64,000 nt of DNA from Gemmatimonadota bacterium (GCA_009692115.1 SHZU01000001.1:421598-485597); one strand, 5' to 3'. Positions 20,235 through 29,584 are shown, numbered from the stretch's first letter. Notes: generated from the letters alone by a model not told the origin. Translations and numbers: made by a program.

Positions 20235-20713
20235 TCCTTGATCGTCGGGATCGGGCGAACCGGAGCATGGCCCCGCTTGTACACCAGAATGGTGCGCCGG
20301 AACGTCATCACTACGGTGCCGTCCTGTTTGTACCCGGTGGTCTTGATTTCAACGATGCCCATGGTGGGCCGGGAGCCCGAGTCCCGAGTGCTCAACACTT
20401 CGGTCTGGGCGTAAATCGTGTCACCCTCGAAGACCGGGGCCGGCATCCGAATATCCTGCCAACCCAGATTGACTGCGTTCTGGGAGATGTCGGACACCGT
20501 GAGGCCCACCACCAGCGCCAACGTAAACGTCGAGTTGACGAGCGGCTGGCCGAACTCGGTCTGGGCCGCGTAATGGCGGTCGAAGTGGATCGGGTTGCTG
20601 TTGTTGGTGAGGAGCGTAAACCAGGCATTGTCGGTACTGGTGACGGTCCGGCCAATGGCGTGCCGAACGACCAACCCGACCTGGAAGTCCTCGTAGGACC
20701 GAGCCTCACTCAT
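20231..20713 (-). CDS. MaoC-like (R)-specific enoyl-CoA hydratase/dehydratase (hot-dog fold)
   Basis: 160 aa. TDNAWFTLLTNNSNPIHFDRHYA and GWQDIRMPAPVFEGDTIYAQTEVL are typical of MaoC dehydratases, the mesaconyl-/itaconyl-CoA hydratase type of family. Confidence 0.8.
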   Translation of the reverse strand: MSEARSYEDFQVGLVVRHAIGRTVTSTDNAWFTLLTNNSNPIHFDRHYAAQTEFGQPLVNSTFTLALVVGLTVSDISQNAVNLGWQDIRMPAPVFEGDTIYAQTEVLSTRDSGSRPTMGIVEIKTTGYKQDGTVVMTFRRTILVYKRGHAPVRPIPTIKE

Positions 20714-21654
20714 CGCGTCGCCTCCGGGTGCAGAGCCTTGATAGCGTCGGCCCGGCGGAGGGTCGTCATCGCCATCCGGATGTTGGCCGCGTCGATCATC
20801 CTGCCGCCGATCGCCACCGCCCCCCGGCCCCCGGCCGTGGCCTGGTCATAGGCCGCGACCACCGAGCGAGCCCAATCGACCTCGGCCGGGAGCGGCGAGA
20901 ACGCGACGTTGACCGCCGCGATCTGGGCGGGATGAATGCATTGCTTGCCGTCGAACCCGAGCGCCCGGGCCGTCCGGCAGGCCCGTTCGAAACCAGCGGT
21001 GTCCTTGAAATCCGCATACGGCCCGTCGAGGGCCCGGAGCCCGTTGGCCCGGGCGGCCGCCACGATCCCGTGCATCACCGCGTGCCATCGGTGGCCGGGA
21101 TAGGCGGCGTCATCCTCGTCGGCCTCGCCAATGCTCGCGAGCGGCATCCGCATCGAGGCGGCATAGTCACCGGATCCGAAGATCAGCGATTCGAGCCGCT
21201 CGGAACTCGCGGCGATTTCCCGAAGCCAGAGGAACCCGCCGGCGGTTTCGATCTGAGCTTCGATCCCGATCCGGTGGCCGATCCCGGACCGGGCCTCGAT
21301 CTGGGTCAGCAGGGTGTCGACGAACTTGACGTCGTTGGGTCCGCGGGTCTTCGGCAACATCACGGCATCGATCGATTGGCCGGCGGATTCGACCACGTCG
21401 ACCAGATCGCGATAGGCATACATCGTGTCGAGGCCGTTGATCCGAACCAGCCGGGTTCGGGCCCCGAAGTCGAGCGTCGTCAGGGCCCGGACCACGTGGG
21501 CTCGGCTCCCCTCCTTTTGCTCCGGCGCTACCGCATCTTCCAAGTCGATACAGATCGCGTCGGCCCCGCTCCGGGCGGCCTTCTCGATCATGTCCGGTCG
21601 GGAGGCCGGGACATACAGCATGCTGCGGGACAACCGGTCCGGCGGTGTCGTCAT
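20710..21654 (-). CDS. HpcH/HpaI / CitE-like acyl-CoA lyase (citramalyl-/malyl-CoA lyase family)
   Basis: SRSMLYVPASRPDMIEKAARSGADAICIDLEDAV is a CitE-family N-terminus. I chose ATG 21654. The alternative TTG 21666 would overlap the ACAD stop by 4 nt. Confidence 0.8.
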   Translation of the reverse strand: MTTPPDRLSRSMLYVPASRPDMIEKAARSGADAICIDLEDAVAPEQKEGSRAHVVRALTTLDFGARTRLVRINGLDTMYAYRDLVDVVESAGQSIDAVMLPKTRGPNDVKFVDTLLTQIEARSGIGHRIGIEAQIETAGGFLWLREIAASSERLESLIFGSGDYAASMRMPLASIGEADEDDAAYPGHRWHAVMHGIVAAARANGLRALDGPYADFKDTAGFERACRTARALGFDGKQCIHPAQIAAVNVAFSPLPAEVDWARSVVAAYDQATAGGRGAVAIGGRMIDAANIRMAMTTLRRADAIKALHPEATR

Positions 21655-21662
21655 AGTTGGTC

Positions 21663-22832
21663 TCAAAACGAGCGGGGCATGCCGAGGACGTGCTCACCCA
21701 CGAACGAGAGGATCAAGTTGGTGGAAATCGGGGCCACTTGGTAGAGGCGGGTTTCCCGGAACTTCCGCTCGATGTCATACTCGGTGGCAAACCCGAACCC
21801 GCCGTAGGTTTGGAGACAGGCGTTCGCGGCCTGCCACGAGGCATCGGCGGCCAGCAACTTGGCCAGATTGGCTTCGGCCCCGCAGGGTTCCCCGGCATCA
21901 AAGAGGCGGGCCCCCTCGTACCGCATCAGATCCGCGGCCCGAACGTTGGCGTAGGCTTGGGCGATCGGAAACTGGACGCCCTGATTTTGGCCGATCGGCC
22001 GGTCGAAGACGATCCGCTCGGTAGCGTACGTCCGGGCCCGGTCGATGAACCAGTACCCGTCGCCCACGCACTCGGCGGCAATCAGAATCCGCTCGGCATT
22101 CATTCCGTCGAGGATGTATTTGAACCCTTGCCCTTCTTGCCCGATCAGGTTGTCGGCCGGGATTTCAAAATTCTCGAAGAACAGCTCGTTGGTCTCATGA
22201 TTCACCATGTTCTCGATCGGGCGGACGGTGAGCCCGTCGTTCCCACCTTGCTTGAGATCGACCAAGAACACCGACAGGCCCTCGGTCCGTTTGGTCACCC
22301 GTTCCAGCGGTGTGGTCCGGGCCAGCAACAGCATCAAGTCGGAATGCTGGACCCGGGAAATCCAGACCTTCTGGCCGTTGACGACGTAGCGATCGCCCCG
22401 GCGCTCGGCGAAGGTCTTGATCTTGGTGGTGTCGGTTCCGGCCGTCGGTTCGGTCACGGCAAATGATTGGAGACGAAGTCGCCCCGCCGCGATCTCGGGG
22501 AGGTAGCGCTGTTTCTGCTCGAGCGACCCGTGGCGGAGCACCGTCCCCATCACGTACATCTGGGCATGACAGGCGCCGGAGTTGGCACCGGCCCGATTGA
22601 TCTCCTCCAAGATGACCGACGCTTCGGTCAACGTGAGCCCGCCGCCGCCGAACTCCTCGGGAATGAGCGCGGCCAGCCAGCCGGCATCGGTCAAGGCCTG
22701 CACGAAGGCCTCGGGGTATCCCGACTGGCGCTCGATCTGCTGCCAGTAGGCGCTGTCGAACGGCGCGCAGACCGCGCGAACCCCTTCACGAATGTCACTG
22801 TACTCCCGGGCCCTCGGGTTGATTTCGCTCAT
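21663..22832 (-). CDS. Acyl-CoA dehydrogenase
   Basis: FAVTEPTAGTDTTKIKTFAERRGDRYVVNGQKVWISR and C-terminal YGGFGFATEYDIERKFRETRLYQVAPIS. Confidence 0.85.
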   Translation of the reverse strand: MSEINPRAREYSDIREGVRAVCAPFDSAYWQQIERQSGYPEAFVQALTDAGWLAALIPEEFGGGGLTLTEASVILEEINRAGANSGACHAQMYVMGTVLRHGSLEQKQRYLPEIAAGRLRLQSFAVTEPTAGTDTTKIKTFAERRGDRYVVNGQKVWISRVQHSDLMLLLARTTPLERVTKRTEGLSVFLVDLKQGGNDGLTVRPIENMVNHETNELFFENFEIPADNLIGQEGQGFKYILDGMNAERILIAAECVGDGYWFIDRARTYATERIVFDRPIGQNQGVQFPIAQAYANVRAADLMRYEGARLFDAGEPCGAEANLAKLLAADASWQAANACLQTYGGFGFATEYDIERKFRETRLYQVAPISTNLILSFVGEHVLGMPRSF

Positions 22833-24202
22833 CGATCAAGTCCGGCGAACGCCCCGGCCATGTCAACGCAGCCGTCAAGCGCCCCAACTGCCGCGATGGC
22901 ACGCTCCGCAGCCGCCATGCCGAGTCGGGGCGAGACCAGATCCCGAAGCTTGGCCTCCAGCGCTTCCGTCGTCACGGGGTTTTCCGGGTTGCCTTTCGGG
23001 AAGGCGGCCGACATTTCAGACCCGGTACCATCCTTCCGGGTAAACCGGATTCGAGTGCCCCACTCCGCTGGGTACCGAGCCGTGATCCCGGGATCGACCG
23101 ACACGAGGATCCGGTCGAGAAGGGGGCGGATGCGAGGGTCAGTCACGCCAGGCTCGGCAAACCGATCCGGAGTAAACTGACCGAGCCCCACCCGCCCTTC
23201 GACGAGCGCGGCGGCGACGCAGTAGGCCAGGCTGAACTTGGCCTGATAGGGCGTCTTCGGGTTCGGTTCTTTCACGATCTCGTATCCAGACGCATACGTG
23301 GCCACCTCGACCGACGCCACCCCGGCCCAGTCGGCCGCGGTGCGATACTCGAGCGCCAGATCGATGGCGGAGTGGGTGTGCCCGCAGCACGAATGAAGCT
23401 TGAAGCAATTCTCGCTGACTTTCCAGTGGGTCCCGAGGCCGTCGGTAATCCGCGTCGCATCGAAATCAGTGCTGGTAGCCCGGAAGAAACCCCGGGCGCC
23501 TTCGAGAATCCGGCTCGCGCCGGTAAACCCCTGGCGCGCGAGATCCGCGGACAGGACGCCGTTGAACGCGGCCTTGCCGGGGTGGAGATGTTTGCTCATC
23601 GCGCCGTCGGCATTGAACTCCCAGAGCCCGGCCGCCTGGGTGCCGGCGCTTCCCAGAGCGTCGAGCATCGCGGCCTCATCGAGCCGAAGCAGCGACCCGG
23701 CGGCCACCGCGGCCCCGAACGTGGCGGCGGTGCCCGTGGGGTGCCAGAAGCGGTAGTGGCTGGGGTTCACCGCCTCCCCGACCCGGAGGGCGGCCTCGTA
23801 GCCTAACGCAACGGCCAGCAGGAAGTCCCGCCCGCTCCGGTGCTCTCGCTCCGCCACGGCCAAGGCCGCGGGAATGACCGGGGCCGCGGCGTGAAGGGTC
23901 GAGCCCTTGTGGACATCGTCCAGCTCGAGAATATGGGAGGCCACCCCGTTGGCGAGCGCCGCGGTGGCCGCCGCCGTCCGGCCGGCACCAAACACGGTGG
24001 CTTCATCGGAACGGCCGAGCGTGGCCACCACCCGCTGCGTCATCCGGGCGGCCGGCTCCTTGGCGCCCGCCAGCACCGACCCGAGCCAGTCGAGCACCGC
24101 TCGGCTGGTATCGGCGAGTGCGGCCGGGGGAAGATCCTCAAATCTGGCCGCCGACGAGAACGCCGCCAACCGCCGGCTGACGGGCTGATCGGGCGCCGTC
24201 AT
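22829..24202 (-). CDS. MmgE/PrpD family protein (2-methylcitrate dehydratase superfamily)
   Basis: RLAAFSSAARFEDLPPAALADTSRAVLDWLGSVLAG is the canonical PrpD-family N-terminus. HSCCGHTHSAID region. 457 aa. Confidence 0.85.
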   Translation of the reverse strand: MTAPDQPVSRRLAAFSSAARFEDLPPAALADTSRAVLDWLGSVLAGAKEPAARMTQRVVATLGRSDEATVFGAGRTAAATAALANGVASHILELDDVHKGSTLHAAAPVIPAALAVAEREHRSGRDFLLAVALGYEAALRVGEAVNPSHYRFWHPTGTAATFGAAVAAGSLLRLDEAAMLDALGSAGTQAAGLWEFNADGAMSKHLHPGKAAFNGVLSADLARQGFTGASRILEGARGFFRATSTDFDATRITDGLGTHWKVSENCFKLHSCCGHTHSAIDLALEYRTAADWAGVASVEVATYASGYEIVKEPNPKTPYQAKFSLAYCVAAALVEGRVGLGQFTPDRFAEPGVTDPRIRPLLDRILVSVDPGITARYPAEWGTRIRFTRKDGTGSEMSAAFPKGNPENPVTTEALEAKLRDLVSPRLGMAAAERAIAAVGALDGCVDMAGAFAGLDR

Positions 24203-25146
24203 GCCGGAGGCGGCTTCACCATGGCGGCGTACTTCGCCCCGAGCCCGGACTCCGGCGACTGGGGCCCGAACACCGACACCAGACCGCGGACCAGATTCAT
24301 CCCGACCACCGAGATGTGGGACTCATCGGGGAAGATCCGGGTCGATAACTGCAGACCGGGATACTTCTTGGCTCGGAGCATGGTTTCCAGGCGGAGAACA
24401 TTGGTCACCATCCGGGACGAGGCGGCCGGCCCCATTTCTTCGAGACCGCCGACGCCGATGAACACGTTGGCGCGGAGGTCGCTGTGGGTCTTTCCGTACG
24501 CCTCGGCCAGCTTGAGGGCGTCTTCCCCACCCCACCAGAGCGACGGGCTCCCGATGATATAGCGGTTGAAGGTGTCGGGCTTGGTGAACAGCACGTAGGA
24601 TCCGAACAGGCCCCCCAACGAATCGCCCCAGTAGCCCCGGTCGGCGGGATCGGTCGAATAGCGGGCGTCGATGAACGGCATCAGTTCATCGCGGATGAAG
24701 GCGAGGAATTTGTCCGCTCCTCCGCTGGTGACCAGGGGCCGGAGCACCCCGGCCACCGGCATGCCTCCCCCGCCCTCGCGGTCCTTGACCAGTACCTGAG
24801 TCAGATCGCGGGACCGGATGAAGGTGGCTTGCATGATACTCGAAGCCCCCGGATACCCGATCCCGACCGCAATGTACCGCGGCGTGTCGTTCATCACCAT
24901 CAGCCGCAAGTGGTCCTCGTCGACGATGAACCCGTTGTGGACGTCGGTCATGTAGACGACCGGGAACCGAGTCGTCTCGCCGGGGATCATCGGGGGCAGC
25001 AGCACCCGGATTTCAAAGGAATCACCCACGGCCTTCGACACCAGCCGATGGGTCGTGACCGGCGCCACGGTGATGAGCGGCTGAGCAACCGCCGGCCCGG
25101 CGGCGAGGCCCACGAGCAGTCCCCCGGCGGCGAGGCAAATCTTCAT
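24199..25146 (-). CDS. Secreted alpha/beta-hydrolase, 'putative esterase' (IroE/enterochelin-esterase-like) family
   Basis: ATG 25146 has AGGAG upstream. Signal peptide MKICLAAGGLLVGLAAGPAVAQ. Nucleophile elbow GDSLGG. The stop overlaps the PrpD-family start (ATGA). The 177-aa upstream extension of the listed ORF was rejected. Confidence 0.7.
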   Translation of the reverse strand: MKICLAAGGLLVGLAAGPAVAQPLITVAPVTTHRLVSKAVGDSFEIRVLLPPMIPGETTRFPVVYMTDVHNGFIVDEDHLRLMVMNDTPRYIAVGIGYPGASSIMQATFIRSRDLTQVLVKDREGGGGMPVAGVLRPLVTSGGADKFLAFIRDELMPFIDARYSTDPADRGYWGDSLGGLFGSYVLFTKPDTFNRYIIGSPSLWWGGEDALKLAEAYGKTHSDLRANVFIGVGGLEEMGPAASSRMVTNVLRLETMLRAKKYPGLQLSTRIFPDESHISVVGMNLVRGLVSVFGPQSPESGLGAKYAAMVKPPPA

Positions 25147-25314
25147 GGTGATACCTTGAGGCTCCTGGTGGGGTCGTGATGTGGCTCCGCTCTGAGCAAG
25201 ACGCCACTGAGTCCAATCTATCCCCGGGCCGAGGGCCAAGCCACGGACCTTCACCGGCCGTCCTCGGGCGCCAGATCGCCGGAATCCTGACCCAAGCCCT
25301 GAGCGAGCCGTAAG

Positions 25315-25662
25315 TTGGCCGGCATCGAAGCCCGCCACCTCGGCGATTTGCTCGACGCCGACCTGGTGATCCTGCCGGTCCCGGTCCGGCTGGAACTGCT
25401 CGCCGGCTCGCCGCGCAAGGCTCACCGCCAATTGCGGGACCACCTGTCGGCCGTGCCCCGGGCGGTTCCCGAGAAAGCAACCTGGGTCCGGATCGACACC
25501 TGGGTCACCACCGCCGTCGAGGCCGGTCATCGGTTTGGCTTGGCCGACCTCCTGATCGCCGCCACCGCGGCCGATCACCAAGCCACACTCTGGTCTCTCG
25601 ATTCCGATTTTGTCAGGATGGAACGACTGGGCTTCGTGTCCCTCCATGCCCCCGGGAAGTAG
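25315..25662 (+). pseudogene. PIN-domain (VapC-like) toxin gene lacking its N-terminal strand
   Basis: The C-terminal two thirds of a PIN domain are present: RLELLAG, GLADLLIAATAADHQATLWSLDSDF. The first acidic residue (DTS-type strand) is missing. There is an in-frame stop at 25300-25302 and only a TTG start. No convincing antitoxin lies upstream. Confidence 0.45.
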
Positions 25663-25708
25663 CCGCGGCGGGGCCAACTAGCCTTCGATCCCAACGACCG
25701 GACCGGTC

Positions 25709-26689
25709 TTACGGCGGCGGCAAGTCGGGGACTCGCCCCGACCAGTTGTACCGCGCCACCAGGTCGCGGGCCTCCCGCTCTGAGAGTCCATGACTGGTCC
25801 AGTTCCCCTTGGTCAATTGGACCAATCCTTCGGGCTCGCCCAGCGCCTTGAGTTCGCGCATCATGTTGCTCGGGTAGTCCCCCCGGCAGCCCAGCGCATC
25901 GGCCACAACGGAGATGTAGCACCGAACCCCAACCTCGTCATTGGCCAAGTCGCACCACTCGCGCTGGCACGCGTGGGACTTCGTGACCACGAGATCGGCG
26001 CCGGTTGCCCGGAGCGCCGACCAGAGCTCGGCCCGAATCGACGTCCAGCGACTCGGCTCGATTCCGGTGATGCTCGGACCGCAATCGTAGTCGAGGTCCG
26101 GCGGGGCCTCGACCACGCCCAGGTATTCGACTCCCGGCACCGACCGGAGGATCGCGCCAACGTGATCGGTGTCTTCACGGGCCCGTCGCTGACCATGGTG
26201 GTGACCGCTCCGCCCGACGTGCCCGTGTAGCGCGGCCCGGTTCGGAACCGCGTGGTGCCAGGGGATCCGGTCCACATCAGCCAACTCAGCCAGAAACACC
26301 GCGGCACTGGTGGTTTCAAACGGGAGGGCCTGGCCGTCCCGACCGGTGACGACGTCGTTGAAGTGGACATCGCACGACGGGCACCAGTGAACGACCAGGG
26401 ACGGCCTGAACGCCCCGATCCGCTCGAGGGTCGTCGCCGACACGCCTTGTCCCTTGGCCACGTCGCCGTGGTGGTCCCAGGTCACCCCGCAGCAGAGCTG
26501 CACACCGGCGACCGCCACGAAGTCGAGACCTAACGCCTCGAACACCGCTACGACATCGGCGGCCAGATCGGGAGTGCGGAGGATGTTGCAGCCGAGATAG
26601 AGCACGATCTGATGCGGTCGTTCGGGCGGCTCCCACCGCTCGATCCAGCGGTCAATCGTAGGTCCAACGCTCCTCCGGGGCAACGCCAC
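25709..26689 (-). CDS. CCG-domain (Fe-S)-binding protein, HdrB/GlpC/LutA-like
   Basis: VLYLGCNILRTPD...VQLCCGVTW is a cysteine-rich CCG motif, and there is a second Cys-containing half (HWCPSCDVHF, YDCGPS). GTG start. Confidence 0.55.
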   Translation of the reverse strand: MALPRRSVGPTIDRWIERWEPPERPHQIVLYLGCNILRTPDLAADVVAVFEALGLDFVAVAGVQLCCGVTWDHHGDVAKGQGVSATTLERIGAFRPSLVVHWCPSCDVHFNDVVTGRDGQALPFETTSAAVFLAELADVDRIPWHHAVPNRAALHGHVGRSGHHHGQRRAREDTDHVGAILRSVPGVEYLGVVEAPPDLDYDCGPSITGIEPSRWTSIRAELWSALRATGADLVVTKSHACQREWCDLANDEVGVRCYISVVADALGCRGDYPSNMMRELKALGEPEGLVQLTKGNWTSHGLSEREARDLVARYNWSGRVPDLPPP

Positions 26690-26755
26690 CTTGACGACGC
26701 TCGGCTCCGGCGGTAGCCTGCCCCAGTAATCCTGCCAACAAAAAGGCCCAGCCGC

Positions 26756-27193
26756 ATGAGTATCTCGTCGGAGTTCAAGGAGTTTGCGCTCAAGGGAAGC
26801 GTGATGGACCTCGCCGTCGGCGTGATCATCGGCGGGGCCTTCGGCAAGATCGTGGGTTCGCTGGTCAGGGACATCATCATGCCGCTGGTCGGCAAAATCT
26901 TTGGCGGCCTCGACTTCTCCAACTATTTCATTGCACTCGCCACCCCGCCGGCCGACTTCCAGGGGCCGATGACATATGACGCGTTGTCCAAGGCGGGAGT
27001 TCCGCTGTTCGCTTACGGGAATTTTCTGACGGTCGCCATCAACTTCCTCATCCTGGCCTTCATCATTTTCATGATGGTCCGGCAGGTCAATCGGATGAAG
27101 CGGGCCGAGCCACCGGCGGCGCCCGCTCCGCCGGCCCCGACGCCCGAGGACGTCCTGCTCCTCCGTGAAATTCGCGACGTGCTGAGGAAGTAA
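26756..27193 (+). CDS. mscL: Large-conductance mechanosensitive channel
   Basis: [40 protein letters not shown] and [22 protein letters not shown] form the full MscL signature. 145 aa. Confidence 0.95.
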   Translation: MSISSEFKEFALKGSVMDLAVGVIIGGAFGKIVGSLVRDIIMPLVGKIFGGLDFSNYFIALATPPADFQGPMTYDALSKAGVPLFAYGNFLTVAINFLILAFIIFMMVRQVNRMKRAEPPAAPAPPAPTPEDVLLLREIRDVLRK

Positions 27194-27198
27194 TCCAA

Positions 27199-29517
27199 GT
27201 GACTCGAATCCTGTTGGCCGTGGGCGGGTTGCTGCTCGCCGCCCGCCCCGCGCTCGGCCAGACCGACTACCGTCGCGCCGAGCAGTTTCTGACCTGGAAT
27301 GCGCTCCGCCACACCTATCACGATCAGGTCGCCCCGGCTTGGTACCCGGACAGCACTCGGTTCTGGTATCGGGTCAATACTCGGCGCGGCTTCGCGTTCG
27401 TCACCGTCAACCCCGCGACCGGGGGAAAGGCCGTGCTCTTCGACAACGCCCGGCTGGCGGCCGCTCTGTCGGTGGCCGCCGATACGGCCCTGGACCCGCG
27501 GAAGCTGCCGTTCCAAAGCTTTGCCTTTGACCGCGACGGCCGGGACGAGCGCGCCATCCGGGTCCGGATCGGGAAGCGGGGTTTCCGCTGCGAGCTGGGT
27601 GGCTATCGCTGCGCCGCCGCGGACACCCTCCCGAACCTCACCCGCTATGTCCGCTCGCCCGACGACCGGTGGGACGCCTTCGTCTCCGGCTCCAACCTCT
27701 GGCTCCGGCTGGTGGGTGGCGCCGATTCCATCAAGCTCACCACTGATGGCGCCGAGGGGTACGGCTACGGGCAGGGAGCGCCGCGGGCCGGACAGGTTCG
27801 GCTCAAGATTCCGTCGAGGCCCGAGGTGGTCTGGTCGCCCGACTCGAAGCGATTGGCGGTGTCCCGGGTCGATGAGCGGAAGGTCGGCACCGTCGACTTG
27901 ATCAGCATGACCTCGACTCGGCCCGTCCACTACCGGTTTCCCTACGGACTCCCCGGCGATTCGATCGTCGAGATGACCGAGTGGTACCTGGCCGACGTCG
28001 GGACGAAAGAGGTCCGCCGGATCGACGCGCCCCCGCAGCCCCTGATGTCGATGTACAGTTTCGGCGGCGGAAAGCTCCAGTGGTCCCCGTCGGGCGATCG
28101 GGTGCTCTTCACCCACGTCAACCGAGGGCCGAAGAAGGTCCGGCTGCTCGCCGCCAATCCGGCCACCGGTGCGGTGACCGAACTCCTGGCCGACAGCAGC
28201 GCCACCTACGTGATCGGCTCGATCGACCTCTTCTCCTTCGCCACCAATTGGAAGATCCTGAAGAACGGCGATCTGCTCTGGCTGGCGGAGCGGGACGGAT
28301 TCGCCCATCTCTACCGGCACGGAGCCGACGGGGCGTTCAAGAACCAGGTCACCGTCGGACCCTGGATCGTTGCCTCGCTCCTTGGCATTGATGAAACCCT
28401 GGGCCGGGTCTACTTCACGGCCAAGGGCCGGGAAGCCGACCGGCACCCCGACTACCTGGCGCTGTACTCCGTCAATCTCGACGGGACCGGTCTGACGCTG
28501 TTGTCACCCGAGAAGGCCAATCATCAAGTCGCGGCGGTGCCGTCGGGCAAGTTCTTTCTCGACACCTACTCGACGATCAGTGAAGCGCCCGTTTCGGTGA
28601 TTCGCGGCGCCGACGGCCGGGTGCTCTCCGAGGTCGAACGAGCCGACATCACGGATTTGCTGGCCACCGGCTGGCGGCCCGGCCAGGTCTTTACCGCCAA
28701 GGCCCGGGACGGCATCACCGATATCTGGGGCGTAATCTGGAAGCCGAGCCGGTTCGACTCGACCCAGAAGTACCCGGTGCTCGACCACATCTACCCGGGC
28801 CCGCTGATCAGCCCCGCGGTCAAGAGTTTCTACCCCAGTCGCGACCCCTTCACGTATCCGTTGAGTGGCCAAGTGCAGGCGGTGGCCGAGCTCGGCTTCG
28901 TCGTCGTGTCGATCGACGCGCTCGGCAACACCGGGCGGGCCAAGGCGCTGTATACGGCGGGGTGGGGCAACATGGGAGATAACGGCATTCCCGACCACCT
29001 CGCCGCCATCAAGCAGCTGGCCGTGCGGATGCCGCAGCTCGATCTCGACCGGGTCGGGATCTATGGGCATTCCGGCGGCGGGTTTGCCTCGACCGACGCG
29101 TTGCTCCGCTACCCCGATTTCTACAAGGTGGCGGTGTCGACGGCGGGCAACCACGACAACCGGACCTATTACTCAGGCTGGGGGGAACGGTTCCAGGGGC
29201 TCTTGGTACGTGATACGATCCGGAAGACCGACAACTTCGAAGCAGCGGCCAACAAGACCCACGCCGCCGCCCTCAAAGGCAAGCTGTTCCTGATGCACGG
29301 CGACTTGGACGACAACGTCCATCCGGCGCACACGATTGCTCTGGTCGATGCCTTGATCAAGGCCAACAAGAGCTTCGACCTGCTGATCGTGCCGGACGCC
29401 GATCACAACATGACCCAGCATCCCTATGTGATCCGGCGGACCTGGGACTACTTCGTCCGCCATCTACTGGGTCAAGAGCCGCCGGCGGACTACCTGATCG
29501 CGCCGCCCGCTCCGTAG
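27199..29517 (+). CDS. S9 family peptidase (DPP IV-like N-terminal propeller plus prolyl-oligopeptidase catalytic domain)
   Basis: GTG start 5 nt after the mscL stop. Signal peptide MTRILLAVGGLLLAARPALGQ. Catalytic GIYGHSGGGFAS, plus LMHGDLDDNVH and the DADH region. Confidence 0.85.
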   Translation: MTRILLAVGGLLLAARPALGQTDYRRAEQFLTWNALRHTYHDQVAPAWYPDSTRFWYRVNTRRGFAFVTVNPATGGKAVLFDNARLAAALSVAADTALDPRKLPFQSFAFDRDGRDERAIRVRIGKRGFRCELGGYRCAAADTLPNLTRYVRSPDDRWDAFVSGSNLWLRLVGGADSIKLTTDGAEGYGYGQGAPRAGQVRLKIPSRPEVVWSPDSKRLAVSRVDERKVGTVDLISMTSTRPVHYRFPYGLPGDSIVEMTEWYLADVGTKEVRRIDAPPQPLMSMYSFGGGKLQWSPSGDRVLFTHVNRGPKKVRLLAANPATGAVTELLADSSATYVIGSIDLFSFATNWKILKNGDLLWLAERDGFAHLYRHGADGAFKNQVTVGPWIVASLLGIDETLGRVYFTAKGREADRHPDYLALYSVNLDGTGLTLLSPEKANHQVAAVPSGKFFLDTYSTISEAPVSVIRGADGRVLSEVERADITDLLATGWRPGQVFTAKARDGITDIWGVIWKPSRFDSTQKYPVLDHIYPGPLISPAVKSFYPSRDPFTYPLSGQVQAVAELGFVVVSIDALGNTGRAKALYTAGWGNMGDNGIPDHLAAIKQLAVRMPQLDLDRVGIYGHSGGGFASTDALLRYPDFYKVAVSTAGNHDNRTYYSGWGERFQGLLVRDTIRKTDNFEAAANKTHAAALKGKLFLMHGDLDDNVHPAHTIALVDALIKANKSFDLLIVPDADHNMTQHPYVIRRTWDYFVRHLLGQEPPADYLIAPPAP

Positions 29518-29584
29518 CACCGTCGCCCCACTAGCCGATCGCCGTTGCCCGAACCATCTTCATCCACCTCAACCTAGCCTGCCA

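Noticed and set aside
24199-25677. N-terminal extensions of listed ORFs: 24199..25677, 16528..17955, 58894..60942, 747..2675, 8611..10188, 46002..47846, 56138..57922, 47627..48760 and 54418..55467.
   Set aside because: The extensions are Arg/Pro-rich, overlap neighbouring genes, and precede an internal ATG that opens a canonical signal peptide or Rossmann fold, often with a Shine-Dalgarno sequence or a 4-nt overlap. The internal starts were used instead.
27013-28446. Long antisense ORFs overlapping confidently called genes: 27013..28446, 29531..30610, 31840..33210, 34876..36246, 40934..42244, 44521..46098, 45975..47141, 51511..52815 and 56222..57868, among others.
   Set aside because: They are Arg/Gly/Pro/Asp-rich low-complexity translations, typical of the reverse frame of GC-rich genes. 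They have no signal or start context and no recognisable motifs. In every case the opposite strand carries a full-length protein with clear family signatures.
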